The translations under genes were made by a program, and so were the position numbers. From Pedobacter sp. (GTDB taxonomy: Bacteria > Bacteroidota > Bacteroidia > Sphingobacteriales > Sphingobacteriaceae): a stretch of DNA of 64,000 nucleotides. Positions 20,882 to 30,776 of this stretch are shown here, piece by piece. The stretch's first letter is position 1; the number at the start of each line of letters is the position of its first letter. Below the pieces are notes generated by a model, which made no database searches, was not told the origin of the DNA, and saw nothing but the letters and a program-made list of their open reading frames with translations. The stretch lies in NCBI RefSeq assembly GCF_040513095.1, contig NZ_JBEVDX010000035.1, forward strand, positions 13,768 through 77,767, in the 5' to 3' direction.

Positions 20882-21625
20882 ATGCCGTTTAAGCCTTTCC
20901 ATCTCTTCCTTTTTTCAATGCTTTATTTTCTACCATTTACGGCTTTAGCCCAGTTTAGTGACAGCACACATTATTCTGTAAATTATACAACAACCGGATC
21001 GATCAATAAAACAAATGACGGAGATACATACCTGCTGAATAACGCAGCAAAATTTGGTATCAGAAAAAAAACTTTTAATTTAAATTTCAGTAACAGCTGG
21101 GTTTATGGAAAACAGGACAGGGAACTGACCAACAACGATTTTTCTTCATCGCTTGATTTTAATTTGTATAGTGCAATTCCTCATTTCTTTTATTGGGGCC
21201 TTGCTACATATAATACCAGCAGGTCGCTTAAAATCAATAACCAGCTGTTAGCCGGAGCAGGAGTAGCCTACAGTATTTATGACAGAAAGAACGTTTATAT
21301 AAACGTCAGCGACGGAGTTTTGTTTGATAGCAGTGACCTGCTGTTAGAAAATGATGTGCCTGATGTATATCAAACCTACAGAAACTCCTTAAGGGTGGTA
21401 TTTAAGTTTACCATCAGGGAATTTATTACAATTGACAATTCAACGTTCTTTCAGCCCTCCTTAAAAAAGTGGGAAGATTATAATTTCAGATCTAACTCGG
21501 CACTTTCTTTCAAAGTTAGCAAATGGCTTAATTTAACCACAGCCCTGAACTATAACCGCATATCAAGAACAGACCGCGAAAATCTGCTGCTGACCTACGG
21601 CTTGTCATTTGAAAAGTATTTTTAA
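20882..21625 (+). CDS. DUF481-like outer-membrane beta-barrel protein
   Basis: Signal peptide ending in ALAQ, alternating beta-strand pattern rich in aromatic, N, S and T residues, and a C-terminal aromatic residue. Confidence 0.6.
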   Translation: MPFKPFHLFLFSMLYFLPFTALAQFSDSTHYSVNYTTTGSINKTNDGDTYLLNNAAKFGIRKKTFNLNFSNSWVYGKQDRELTNNDFSSSLDFNLYSAIPHFFYWGLATYNTSRSLKINNQLLAGAGVAYSIYDRKNVYINVSDGVLFDSSDLLLENDVPDVYQTYRNSLRVVFKFTIREFITIDNSTFFQPSLKKWEDYNFRSNSALSFKVSKWLNLTTALNYNRISRTDRENLLLTYGLSFEKYF

Positions 21626-21696
21626 GGATTATTCGTGATATGTTTGAATGGATCACTGTATTCGGATATGTTTGTATCCGTATCACCCAAGTATAA

Positions 21697-24384
21697 ATGA
21701 AACCAGCGTTTAAAATAATTGTTCCTTCCCTTTTACTATTCTCCCTGCTGGGATGTAAGTCGCGAAAACCAATGGACAAAATCTACCAGTCTGAATTTTA
21801 TAGTTTATCAAAAAATAAAGTTACCCAGGGCGCTTATGAAGCAGTAGCCCAATCCCCAACTGCAATAAGTTCCAATTACGAAAGTCCTGTAAACCACGAG
21901 ATCAGCCCAGCTGTGTCATTCAAATTCAGCATCAATGGGAAAGACAACGAAATGGCTTCGGGAAAGAACCACCTGATAAATGTCATCTCTGACAAAGGGT
22001 ACTTTGAAAGCCCGGTAATCAGGTTCGGACAGCAATATACAGATCCGGACAGCCCGGATAAAGGCATTTTCCTCCAGCCAGATACAAAATTTACTGTCCG
22101 GTTAGACCTGAAGAACGTACTTGAAGAATTTAAAGAAACCGGTTATTATACCACTTTTGATGGTACAAAAATCTATAAAACAGATTTCAAGGGTGTATTT
22201 ATTGCAGGCAATACCAGTCCGCTGATCTGGGATTTTGATAACCTTGGCAATCACAGAGAGCTGGAACTTCATGACAATGATGGCGATGGTATCTACACGA
22301 TCACCCTGGAAATGAACAAACCACAGCAGAAAAAAACTACTGCATCTTCCTGGCATCTGTCTAAAGATATCTCGGCTTTTCCACAGTATAAATCAGGCAT
22401 CCCTATGATGGATGCCCTGTATAATCTTGCTCTGGAAGAAGCCATCAATGCAATAGAACCTGACAGTACATTCAGGACCGGCAAGGAGTGGGCTGGTGTA
22501 TGGACGCGGGATATCAGTTACAGTATCATTTTATCAATGGCTACGCTGCAGCCGAAAGTAGCAGAACACAGCCTGCTGAAGAAAGTAAAGAACAACAGGA
22601 TCACTCAGGATACAGGCTCTGGCGGTTCCTGGCCGGTGTCGTCTGACAGGATGATCTGGGCAGTGGCCGCCTGGGAGGTATATAAAACTACAGGAGATAC
22701 GCAATGGCTGGCAAAAGCTTATGAGGTCATTAAAAACTCTGTGGAAGATGATCTGAAGAATATCTATGATCCGGAAACAGGTCTTGTAAGGGGCGAATCT
22801 TCTTTTCTCGACTGGCGTGACCAGACCTATCCGAAATGGATGGAGCCTGCAGATATTTACTCATCTGAAAACCTGGGCACAAATGCTGTTCATTATCAGG
22901 TGAATAAGGTACTGTCGCAAATGGCAGTACTGATGAAGGATCAGCAGGCTGCTGAAAAATATACCGCAATAGCAGAGCAGATCAAAAAAGGGATCAATAC
23001 CTGGTTATGGATGCCTGAAAAAGGATATTACGGTCAGTATCTGTATGGAAGACAGTTCCCTGTCCTGTCGCCCCGCTCGGAGGCATTGGGAGAAGCACTG
23101 ACCGTATTGTTTGATATTGCTGATCCGGAACGTCAGAAATCTGTCGTTGCGCACACGCCTGTAACCAATTTCGGTATTCCCTGCATTTATCCGCAGATTC
23201 CGAATATCCCGCCCTATCACAATGATGCGGTATGGCCTTTTGTACAATCTTACTGGTCGCTAGCCATCGCAAAGACGGGCAATGCAGAAGCGCTGCTCCA
23301 AAGTATGAGTGCGATTTATCGCCCTGCGGCATTATTCCTCACGAACAAGGAAAACTTTGTTTCTTCGAATGGCGACTTCGCCGGGACGCAGATCAATTCA
23401 AGCAACATGTTATGGAGTTTATCCGGGAGCCTGAGTATGATTTACAAGGTGATATTCGGGATAGACATCCGCGAAAATTCACTGGTATTCAAACCTTTTG
23501 TACCCGAAATTTTACAGGCAGACAGGACCCTGAATAATTTCAAATACCGCAATGCGGTGCTTGATATCAGCTTATCTGGTTTTGGAAATCAGATCCGTTC
23601 CATCACAATGGATGGCAAAGAACTTCCTTCTGCCACTATTCCGGCAGATCTGTCGGGTGTACACCAGGTAAGGATTATTCTGGCAAACAATCCGCTGGAA
23701 AAAGGCAGTGTAGCCTTAACGAAAGATTATTTTTCGGTAGCAGCACCCGTGCTGAAAAACCAGGACCAGCTCATTTCATGGGAAAAAGTTGAGGGAGCAT
23801 CAGCATACATGATTATCCATAATGGAAAAGAGATTGCTAAAACTGCTGAACTGAATTATCATGTTGTACAGAATGGTGAGTACCAGGTGATGGCTACAGA
23901 TGCCGCAGGCACGCGATCATTTGCAAGTGAACCTGTACTGATTTTTCCGGCACAGAAAATCAATAACATCGACCTTTCACTGGTAACTGATAAATCTGAT
24001 CTTCCTTATCAGGGGTACTCCGGAAAAGGATTTATTGAGATCAGTAAAACAAAGAATAAGCAGGTCAGCATTGTTGTGAATGTGCCGGAATCGGGAACTT
24101 ACGCAGTTGATTTCAGGTATTCAAATGGTAACGGGCCAACCAATACAGATAACAAATGTGCCATCAGAACACTCAGCATTGACGGTACTTTTGCCGGAAC
24201 TTTTGTATTTCCGCAACGCGGAAAAGACGAATGGTCGAACTGGGGTTTCAGCAATACTTTACAGCTCAGACTAACAAAAGGGAGTCATGAACTCAGCTTG
24301 TCTTTCGAAGACTGGAACGAGAATATGAACGGAGAGATCAATCAGGCGATGCTGGATCAGCTGCGGGTAATAAGGATCGGTTAA
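21697..24384 (+). CDS. Lipoprotein glycoside hydrolase with an (alpha/alpha)6-barrel-like core and a C-terminal CBM6/35-like module
   Basis: Lipobox LLGC. GVWTRDISYS resembles the GH15-type WxRD motif. The C-terminal ~130 aa (FRYSNGNG, WSNWG) resembles a carbohydrate-binding module. The family assignment is tentative. Confidence 0.65.
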   Translation: MKPAFKIIVPSLLLFSLLGCKSRKPMDKIYQSEFYSLSKNKVTQGAYEAVAQSPTAISSNYESPVNHEISPAVSFKFSINGKDNEMASGKNHLINVISDKGYFESPVIRFGQQYTDPDSPDKGIFLQPDTKFTVRLDLKNVLEEFKETGYYTTFDGTKIYKTDFKGVFIAGNTSPLIWDFDNLGNHRELELHDNDGDGIYTITLEMNKPQQKKTTASSWHLSKDISAFPQYKSGIPMMDALYNLALEEAINAIEPDSTFRTGKEWAGVWTRDISYSIILSMATLQPKVAEHSLLKKVKNNRITQDTGSGGSWPVSSDRMIWAVAAWEVYKTTGDTQWLAKAYEVIKNSVEDDLKNIYDPETGLVRGESSFLDWRDQTYPKWMEPADIYSSENLGTNAVHYQVNKVLSQMAVLMKDQQAAEKYTAIAEQIKKGINTWLWMPEKGYYGQYLYGRQFPVLSPRSEALGEALTVLFDIADPERQKSVVAHTPVTNFGIPCIYPQIPNIPPYHNDAVWPFVQSYWSLAIAKTGNAEALLQSMSAIYRPAALFLTNKENFVSSNGDFAGTQINSSNMLWSLSGSLSMIYKVIFGIDIRENSLVFKPFVPEILQADRTLNNFKYRNAVLDISLSGFGNQIRSITMDGKELPSATIPADLSGVHQVRIILANNPLEKGSVALTKDYFSVAAPVLKNQDQLISWEKVEGASAYMIIHNGKEIAKTAELNYHVVQNGEYQVMATDAAGTRSFASEPVLIFPAQKINNIDLSLVTDKSDLPYQGYSGKGFIEISKTKNKQVSIVVNVPESGTYAVDFRYSNGNGPTNTDNKCAIRTLSIDGTFAGTFVFPQRGKDEWSNWGFSNTLQLRLTKGSHELSLSFEDWNENMNGEINQAMLDQLRVIRIG

Positions 24385-24399
24385 ACGGAAGGAAGAGCT

Positions 24400-24915
24400 T
24401 TATTTTGGCTCGCTGACAGGTCGGCGCAAAAAGAAATACTGATCCTGGTGTGCTGCGTAATCCTGGAATTCCGCTGATGCCTGAATTCCGGCAGGTGTCT
24501 TTTTAAACTGCTCCGGAGTAATGAACCGCCAGGTCAGCCCGTCTGATTCCTGCACTGAAAGTACTTCAATGGGAAAGTTCAGAATATACTGCTCCAGAAA
24601 TTCGTATTTTGCAGCCGTCCATTCTGCCGTGCTGCCCAGATTACGTGGCCAGGTATACAATTTATGCGCCTCGATCAGCTTCCCGTTTTCATCGATGTAG
24701 GTTGACTGTCTTAAGATCAGATCGCTCAACTTTAAAACAGCTATTTCACCTGTAAAAGTATCATGGTTTTGTTCAATCATGATCGCTTTGGCAGTAAAAT
24801 ATGGCACACTGGCATTTTTTTCCTGCTCTTCTTTCAATAAACCGACAAAAACATATTTCCCCTTTTTAAGCAATTGTGGCTGATTTTCGTTGTGTTCTTG
24901 ACTTAAAGTAGGCAT
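24400..24915 (-). CDS. Hypothetical protein with no recognised domain
   Basis: 171-aa ORF filling the gap between the GH gene and ndh. Ordinary amino-acid composition and no competing ORF. Confidence 0.55.
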   Translation of the reverse strand: MPTLSQEHNENQPQLLKKGKYVFVGLLKEEQEKNASVPYFTAKAIMIEQNHDTFTGEIAVLKLSDLILRQSTYIDENGKLIEAHKLYTWPRNLGSTAEWTAAKYEFLEQYILNFPIEVLSVQESDGLTWRFITPEQFKKTPAGIQASAEFQDYAAHQDQYFFLRRPVSEPK

Positions 24916-25072
24916 ATAAAGGCTGTTTTTGTAAATTTACTTAAATTGTGATTGAAAACGTTGCAGCAATAAGTTTTTGTGCAGCAAACATGACAAAATA
25001 ATGTTTGCCTTTCATCAATCTTAGCACATTTATTGCTGTTGGAGGGCTATAAATCATCAATAGCTGTTAAAA

Positions 25073-26362
25073 ATGAATCATACTCCAAAAAAGATAGTCA
25101 TTGTGGGCGGTGGATTTGCAGGTGTAAACCTTGCGAAAAACCTTTCTGATCACGAATCATTTGACGTTGTCTTAGTCGATAAAAACAATTATAACTTTTT
25201 CCCTCCCTTAATCTATCAGGTAGCTACAGGTTACCTTGAAACCTCTAATATTTCCTATCCTTTCCGCAAACTTTTCAGGGGCAAAAAGAACTTTACTTTC
25301 AGACTGGGCGAGTTGGAGGAGGTTTTACCGGCACAAAAGAAACTCATTCTTTCCACAGGCGAAATCAGCTATGATTACCTGGTTTTTGGAACCGGATGTG
25401 TGACCAACTATTTTGGAATGGAAAGCGTTGAAAAAAATGCTATTCCAATGAAGACCATTTCTGATGCCTTGCAGATGCGCAATACACTGCTGGAAAGACT
25501 GGAGCAGGCATCACGTACAACAGATCCTGAGTTAAGAAAGAAACTTTTAACAGTAGTGGTTGCTGGTGGTGGCCCTACAGGAGTAGAAATCTCTGGTATG
25601 TTTGCCGAAATGAAAAGGACCATCATAGCAAAAGACTACCCGGAACTGGCAGGTTCCAGCGGTGAGATTTATCTTGTTGATGGCCTGAAAGCATTACTGA
25701 CACCAATGAGTGAGAAATCACAAAAATATGCATACGATACCCTGACTAAAAACGGCGTTAAAGTTCGTTTAAACGCGTTGGTAAAGGATTTTAGTGATGA
25801 TGTTGTTCATTTTGCGAATGGAGATACAATCGTATCAAAAAACCTGATCTGGGCAGCAGGTGTTACTGCAATTGTTTTCAAAGGAATTCCTGAAGCTGCT
25901 TATGGCAGAGGAAAAAGGATGATCGTTGATGCGTATAATAAAGTAATAGGAATGGATGATGTATACGCGATTGGTGATACATGTATCCAGACTACTGATG
26001 AGCATTTCCCGCAAGGGCACCCTCAGGTGGCACAGGTAGCCATTCAACAGGGACAAAACCTGGGTAAAAACCTGATCAAATCTTTATCCAATGAAACCCT
26101 GAAGCCTTTCAGTTATTATGACAAAGGTTCAATGGCGATCATTGGGAAAAATAAAGCGGTGGCCGACCTGCCTAAACCCAAGTTGTTCTTTAGTGGTGTG
26201 CTTGCCTTATTTATGTGGTTGTTCATCCACCTTTTGTCCCTGATTAATTACAGAAACAGGATCAGAACCTTATATAACTGGGGAGTAGCTTACCTTACCA
26301 ACGACCAGTCACTGAGAATGATCGTAAGGCCAGCCAGTAAGTTTAAACCTGAAGACGTTTAA
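25073..26362 (+). CDS. ndh: Type II NADH:quinone oxidoreductase (NDH-2)
   Basis: 429 aa with two Rossmann motifs (IVIVGGGFAG and VVVAGGGPTGVE) and a C-terminal membrane anchor. Confidence 0.9.
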   Translation: MNHTPKKIVIVGGGFAGVNLAKNLSDHESFDVVLVDKNNYNFFPPLIYQVATGYLETSNISYPFRKLFRGKKNFTFRLGELEEVLPAQKKLILSTGEISYDYLVFGTGCVTNYFGMESVEKNAIPMKTISDALQMRNTLLERLEQASRTTDPELRKKLLTVVVAGGGPTGVEISGMFAEMKRTIIAKDYPELAGSSGEIYLVDGLKALLTPMSEKSQKYAYDTLTKNGVKVRLNALVKDFSDDVVHFANGDTIVSKNLIWAAGVTAIVFKGIPEAAYGRGKRMIVDAYNKVIGMDDVYAIGDTCIQTTDEHFPQGHPQVAQVAIQQGQNLGKNLIKSLSNETLKPFSYYDKGSMAIIGKNKAVADLPKPKLFFSGVLALFMWLFIHLLSLINYRNRIRTLYNWGVAYLTNDQSLRMIVRPASKFKPEDV

Positions 26363-26490
26363 GTACAAGCTGCAGTCCCGGACTGCTGACATATAAAATA
26401 TCCTGAAGGTCATCTGAAGGGGGAACGTAATTATTACATTAAGTAAGCAAAAGAATAGGGCCAGGGCTATCTCGCAATAGCGAATACACC

Positions 26491-26498
26491 TATTTTTG
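26491..26498 (+). promoter_or_regulatory. Bacteroidota -7 promoter motif TATTTTTG (TAnnTTTG) upstream of cydA
   Basis: Exact TAnnTTTG, with its G 5 nt before the A of the cydA ATG. No clear -33 TTG. Confidence 0.35.
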
Positions 26499-26502
26499 CA
26501 GA

Positions 26503-27831
26503 ATGGATGATTTCTTCGCTGCCCGACTCCAGATGGCCTTTTCTTTAGGTTTCCACATTGTTTTCTCCTGTATTGGCATGGTTATGCCCTTCTTTATGTC
26601 AACCGCCCATTATTACTGGCTGAAGAAAAAGGAGACCGTTTATCTTGACGTAACCAAAGCATGGAGCAAAGGTGTGGCCATATTTTTTGCCACCGGAGCA
26701 GTTTCAGGAACGGTACTCTCCTTTGAGCTCGGATTGCTCTGGCCAAGGTTTATGGAACATGCAGGACCGATCTTCGGCATGCCTTTCTCCCTCGAAGGAA
26801 CAGCATTTTTTATCGAAGCGATTGCCCTTGGGTTTTACCTGTACGGATGGAACCGCTTTCATCCATGGTTCCACTGGTTTACAGGTGTTGTTGTGGGTAT
26901 CACCGGACTGCTCTCAGGAATACTGGTTGTCGCCGCCAACTCCTGGATGAACAGCCCCTCGGGTTTTGATTTTGTAAATGGTCAGTACCTGAATATAGAT
27001 CCCATGAAAGCCATGTTCAATGCGGCCTGGTTCTCGCAGGCACTGCACATGTGTGTAGCTGCTTTTGTATCCACAGGTTTCGCTGTAGCTGGTGTACATG
27101 CACTGATGATATTGAAAGGTAAAAATGTAGCATTTCACAACAAGGCCTTCCGCATAGCAGCAATTTTCGCTACCATTGCAGCATGTCTTCAACCTCTAAG
27201 CGGTGATGTTTCTGCCAAGGATGTTGCCAGAAGACAGCCTGCAAAACTCGCTGCCATGGAATCACATTTCCATACAGAAAAAGGTGCCTCGCTGATCATT
27301 GGAGGCATTCCGGATACGGCTACCCAAAAAGTTGATTATGCATTGAAGATTCCAAAGCTCCTTAGCTTTATGGCGACCAATGATTTCAATGCTGAGGTCA
27401 AAGGACTGGATCAGTTTCCTAAGAAGGATCATCCACCGGTTATGGTGACACATTTTGCTTTCCAGATTATGGTAGGACTGGGGATGGCAATGCTGGCTTT
27501 GTCAGTCATTTATTTTATCGCCCTGCTAAAGAAAAAAAGCTGGTCTGACAGCAAGTGGCTGCTTAAGCTTTTTGTGATCGCAACACCTCTGGGGTATCTG
27601 GCGCTCGAAGCCGGATGGACAGTAACTGAAGTTGGCCGGCAGCCCTGGATTATCTACGGCGTAATGCGGACCGCAGATGCAGTAACCCCAATGCCGGGTA
27701 TTGCCTATTCCTTTTATCTTTTTACCGCAGTCTATATCTCGCTGGCTGTCATTGTCAGCTTTTTATTGTTCCGCCAGATTACCATGGTGGGCAAACTATA
27801 CGATTCATCCACTGATCACAAAACGCAATAG
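26503..27831 (+). CDS. cydA: Cytochrome bd ubiquinol oxidase subunit I
   Basis: 442 aa with the N-terminus LQMAFSLGFH and GRQPW in the Q-loop region. The length implies the short Q-loop type. Confidence 0.93.
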   Translation: MDDFFAARLQMAFSLGFHIVFSCIGMVMPFFMSTAHYYWLKKKETVYLDVTKAWSKGVAIFFATGAVSGTVLSFELGLLWPRFMEHAGPIFGMPFSLEGTAFFIEAIALGFYLYGWNRFHPWFHWFTGVVVGITGLLSGILVVAANSWMNSPSGFDFVNGQYLNIDPMKAMFNAAWFSQALHMCVAAFVSTGFAVAGVHALMILKGKNVAFHNKAFRIAAIFATIAACLQPLSGDVSAKDVARRQPAKLAAMESHFHTEKGASLIIGGIPDTATQKVDYALKIPKLLSFMATNDFNAEVKGLDQFPKKDHPPVMVTHFAFQIMVGLGMAMLALSVIYFIALLKKKSWSDSKWLLKLFVIATPLGYLALEAGWTVTEVGRQPWIIYGVMRTADAVTPMPGIAYSFYLFTAVYISLAVIVSFLLFRQITMVGKLYDSSTDHKTQ

Positions 27832-27834
27832 ACC

Positions 27835-28854
27835 ATGGTATATGTAGTGATAATTTTTCTCTGGACGGCTATATTATTATACCTGTTGCTCGGCGGTGCC
27901 GATTTTGGGGCCGGTATTATTGAATTGTTTACTTCGAAGGCCAACAGGCACCGTACCCGCAAAAATATGTACGAAGCTATAGGGCCGGTCTGGGAAGCAA
28001 ACCATATGTGGCTGATCATCGTGATCGTGATCCTTTTTGTAGGTTTTCCAAAGATCTATACGACTGTTTCTATCTATCTTCACATCCCGCTGGTCTGCAT
28101 GCTTCTCGGAATTATTGCCAGGGGGACAGCCTTTGTTTTCAGAAATTATGATGCCGTAAAGGATGATATGCAGAAAATTTATACCAGGATTTTTATGCTT
28201 TCCAGTGTGCTCACGCCCTTTTTCCTGGGGATCATTGCTGCCAGTGTGGTTTCTGCAAAAATAGACTTACAGGCGCATGATTTTGTATCGGCCTACATTT
28301 ATAGCTGGCTGAACTGGTTCTCCGTTGCAGTGGGCATATTTACTGTTACCATCTGTGCTTACCTTGCTGCGGTATTTATTATCGGACAGGCGGATGATGA
28401 GTTTGACCGTCAGCGTTTTACCAGGAAAGCCACCTACCTGATTTTTGTAGTAATGGGAGCTGGGGCTCTTGTTTTTATGGCGGCATGGATAGATAAAATT
28501 CCTTTGCTCAGCTGGATCTTTAGTGATCTTCCCGGTATCATTGCAATTATACTGGCTACAATTTCACTGATCATCATGTTCTGGTTCCTGAACAAGAATA
28601 AACCTGTTATGCTCAGGATACTGGCGGGCTTCCAGGTAACAATGATCCTGTTTGCAGCAACATACAGCCACTTTCCTGATATTGTGCTGCTGAAAGGCGG
28701 AGACAACCTTTCCCTGCTGGGCGACCAGGGCGAACAGAAAACTATGGAAGCGCTGGCTTACGCATTGCTGATTGGCAGCGTATTTATCCTGCCGGCTCTG
28801 GGGTACCTTCTCTATAGTTTCCAGAAAAAAACAGATACCATATCTGACCACTAA
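27835..28854 (+). CDS. cydB: Cytochrome bd ubiquinol oxidase subunit II
   Basis: 339 aa polytopic protein with GADFGAG near the N-terminus. Starts 3 nt after cydA. Confidence 0.9.
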   Translation: MVYVVIIFLWTAILLYLLLGGADFGAGIIELFTSKANRHRTRKNMYEAIGPVWEANHMWLIIVIVILFVGFPKIYTTVSIYLHIPLVCMLLGIIARGTAFVFRNYDAVKDDMQKIYTRIFMLSSVLTPFFLGIIAASVVSAKIDLQAHDFVSAYIYSWLNWFSVAVGIFTVTICAYLAAVFIIGQADDEFDRQRFTRKATYLIFVVMGAGALVFMAAWIDKIPLLSWIFSDLPGIIAIILATISLIIMFWFLNKNKPVMLRILAGFQVTMILFAATYSHFPDIVLLKGGDNLSLLGDQGEQKTMEALAYALLIGSVFILPALGYLLYSFQKKTDTISDH

Positions 28855-28871
28855 ATTTAAGCGAAATACTT

Positions 28872-29486
28872 ATGACAGTATCCGATTTTTCAAGACTCAG
28901 TAAATTAACAGAAGGAGATTACGAAGCCTTTTTATATGATTGTGACGGCACCCTGGCAGATAATATGCCTGCCCACGCAGCAACCTATGTGGCGGTAGCC
29001 AAACAATACCAGGTGGAGATGGACCCCGCGATTATAGATGAACTTGCAGGATGGCCTATCGCCAATGTGGTAGAAGAACTGAACCTGCGCTATAATGCTA
29101 CAATGGACCCTGAAGAATTCAGATCGCGGAAAGCCCAGCTTTTTGCCGATGAATATATCAGTAAGGTACTGCCCATTCCCTATGTAGTAGAACACCTGAA
29201 AGCCAATGCAGGCAAAGTTCGTATTGCAGTAGTTTCTGGCGGTGACCGTATAGCTGTACAGCGCACGCTGGAAATTATTGGTGTAAGTGAATATGTAGAA
29301 GTGCTCGTATGTGCAGGAGAAACCCCGAAGGGCAAGCCTTTTGCAGATCCTTTTCTCAAAGCCGCAGAACTGCTTGGTGTTGACCCGAAGAAATGTCTTG
29401 TGTTTGAAGATGGGGTTCCCGGCGTAAAGGCAGCTGAGGCAGCCGGAATGCACTGGGTAAGAATAGATCAGTTTAAATTTGGTTAA
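28872..29486 (+). CDS. HAD-IA family hydrolase (beta-phosphoglucomutase/phosphatase-like)
   Basis: DxD motif YDCDGTLADN, the VSGG motif and the C-terminal FEDGVPGVKAA. Confidence 0.85.
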   Translation: MTVSDFSRLSKLTEGDYEAFLYDCDGTLADNMPAHAATYVAVAKQYQVEMDPAIIDELAGWPIANVVEELNLRYNATMDPEEFRSRKAQLFADEYISKVLPIPYVVEHLKANAGKVRIAVVSGGDRIAVQRTLEIIGVSEYVEVLVCAGETPKGKPFADPFLKAAELLGVDPKKCLVFEDGVPGVKAAEAAGMHWVRIDQFKFG

Positions 29487-29489
29487 GCC

Positions 29490-30692
29490 ATGAAAAGATC
29501 CGGGACAGCAGATATGCCATTGCATTACGGCCACATTCCAAAGTGGCTGGCAGAACGTATGTCCCGTCTTGGGCTGGCGATTACTGAAGCCATTATAGCA
29601 GAATACGGAACTGCCGAGGTATTGCGTAGACTAAGCGATCCTTTCTGGTTCCAGAGCCTGGGCGCTGTCATGGGAATGGACTGGCATTCGTCAGGTATCA
29701 CCACATCGGTGATGGGTGCTTTAAAGAGTTCGGTTAATCCGCTGTCCAAAGAACTAGGTATCTATATTTGTGGAGGAAAAGGCAAGTCCTCTAAAAATAC
29801 CCCTCAGGAATTACTGCTGTACAGCGATCGTAACGGATTGAACGGGAATGAACTGCTGCGCTGCAGCAAGCTGAGTGCAAAGGTAGATAATACCGCTGTG
29901 CAGGACGGCTTCCAGTTATACATGCACAGCTTTGTGGTTAACACCGAAGGACTATGGACTGTCGTGCAGCAGGGGATGCAGGACGGGAGTTCTACAGCAA
30001 GGAGATACCACTGGCATTCGGCAGCTATGCAGTCTTTTGTAGAAGATCCGCACACTGCAATCTGCGGCAGGAACCAGGGACCTATCCTTAATATGGTGGC
30101 AAAAGCAGCAAGTCCAGCCCGTGATGCAATATTGTCTATGACCGCTGAACATCCTTCGCGTATGATCGCTGAGGTGCAGCAGCTGATTATGCCAAGGCAT
30201 CATGATGTCCGGTCGAAAGATGTAGACCTGAAGCGGTTAGGAGCGATGTTATGGCTTACCCACGATAAACAACCCGCCGATTTTGAAGAACTATTGCTCT
30301 TGCAGGGCATGGGCCCGCGTACTTTACAGTCGATGGCCCTGGTCAGTGAAGTGATCTATGGTACACCATCCAGGTTTACCGATCCTGCACGCTTTTCTTT
30401 TGCAAACGGGGGTAAAGACGGGCATCCTTTTCCCGTTCCGGTAAATGTATACGATGAAACCCTTAGCATACTTTCCAAAGCAATTGACAAGGCTAAAATC
30501 GGGCAGGGGGAGAAATTGGAAGCCATTCAGAAATTAGCTGAACTTTCGCGGCAGGCAGAAAAAGATTTTACACCAAACGACAACTTCGACGAACTGCTTG
30601 AAAGAGAACGCAGTGAATCCTGGAAATATGGAGGTAAAACGATTTTTGGTGATGCCAGACCTCCCGGGGGCGGACAGCTCAACCTGTTCTAG
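29490..30692 (+). CDS. DUF763 domain protein
   Basis: 400 aa. The N-terminal GTADMPLHYGHIPKWLAERM and the overall pattern match my memory of DUF763. Starts 3 nt after the HAD gene. Confidence 0.65.
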   Translation: MKRSGTADMPLHYGHIPKWLAERMSRLGLAITEAIIAEYGTAEVLRRLSDPFWFQSLGAVMGMDWHSSGITTSVMGALKSSVNPLSKELGIYICGGKGKSSKNTPQELLLYSDRNGLNGNELLRCSKLSAKVDNTAVQDGFQLYMHSFVVNTEGLWTVVQQGMQDGSSTARRYHWHSAAMQSFVEDPHTAICGRNQGPILNMVAKAASPARDAILSMTAEHPSRMIAEVQQLIMPRHHDVRSKDVDLKRLGAMLWLTHDKQPADFEELLLLQGMGPRTLQSMALVSEVIYGTPSRFTDPARFSFANGGKDGHPFPVPVNVYDETLSILSKAIDKAKIGQGEKLEAIQKLAELSRQAEKDFTPNDNFDELLERERSESWKYGGKTIFGDARPPGGGQLNLF

Positions 30693-30776
30693 GCTTTATT
30701 TTTTTATATTTAAAAAATTAAACCACCCTGTGATGTTGTCTATAGCGTTAACAGACAGGATAAATATAAACGGCAA

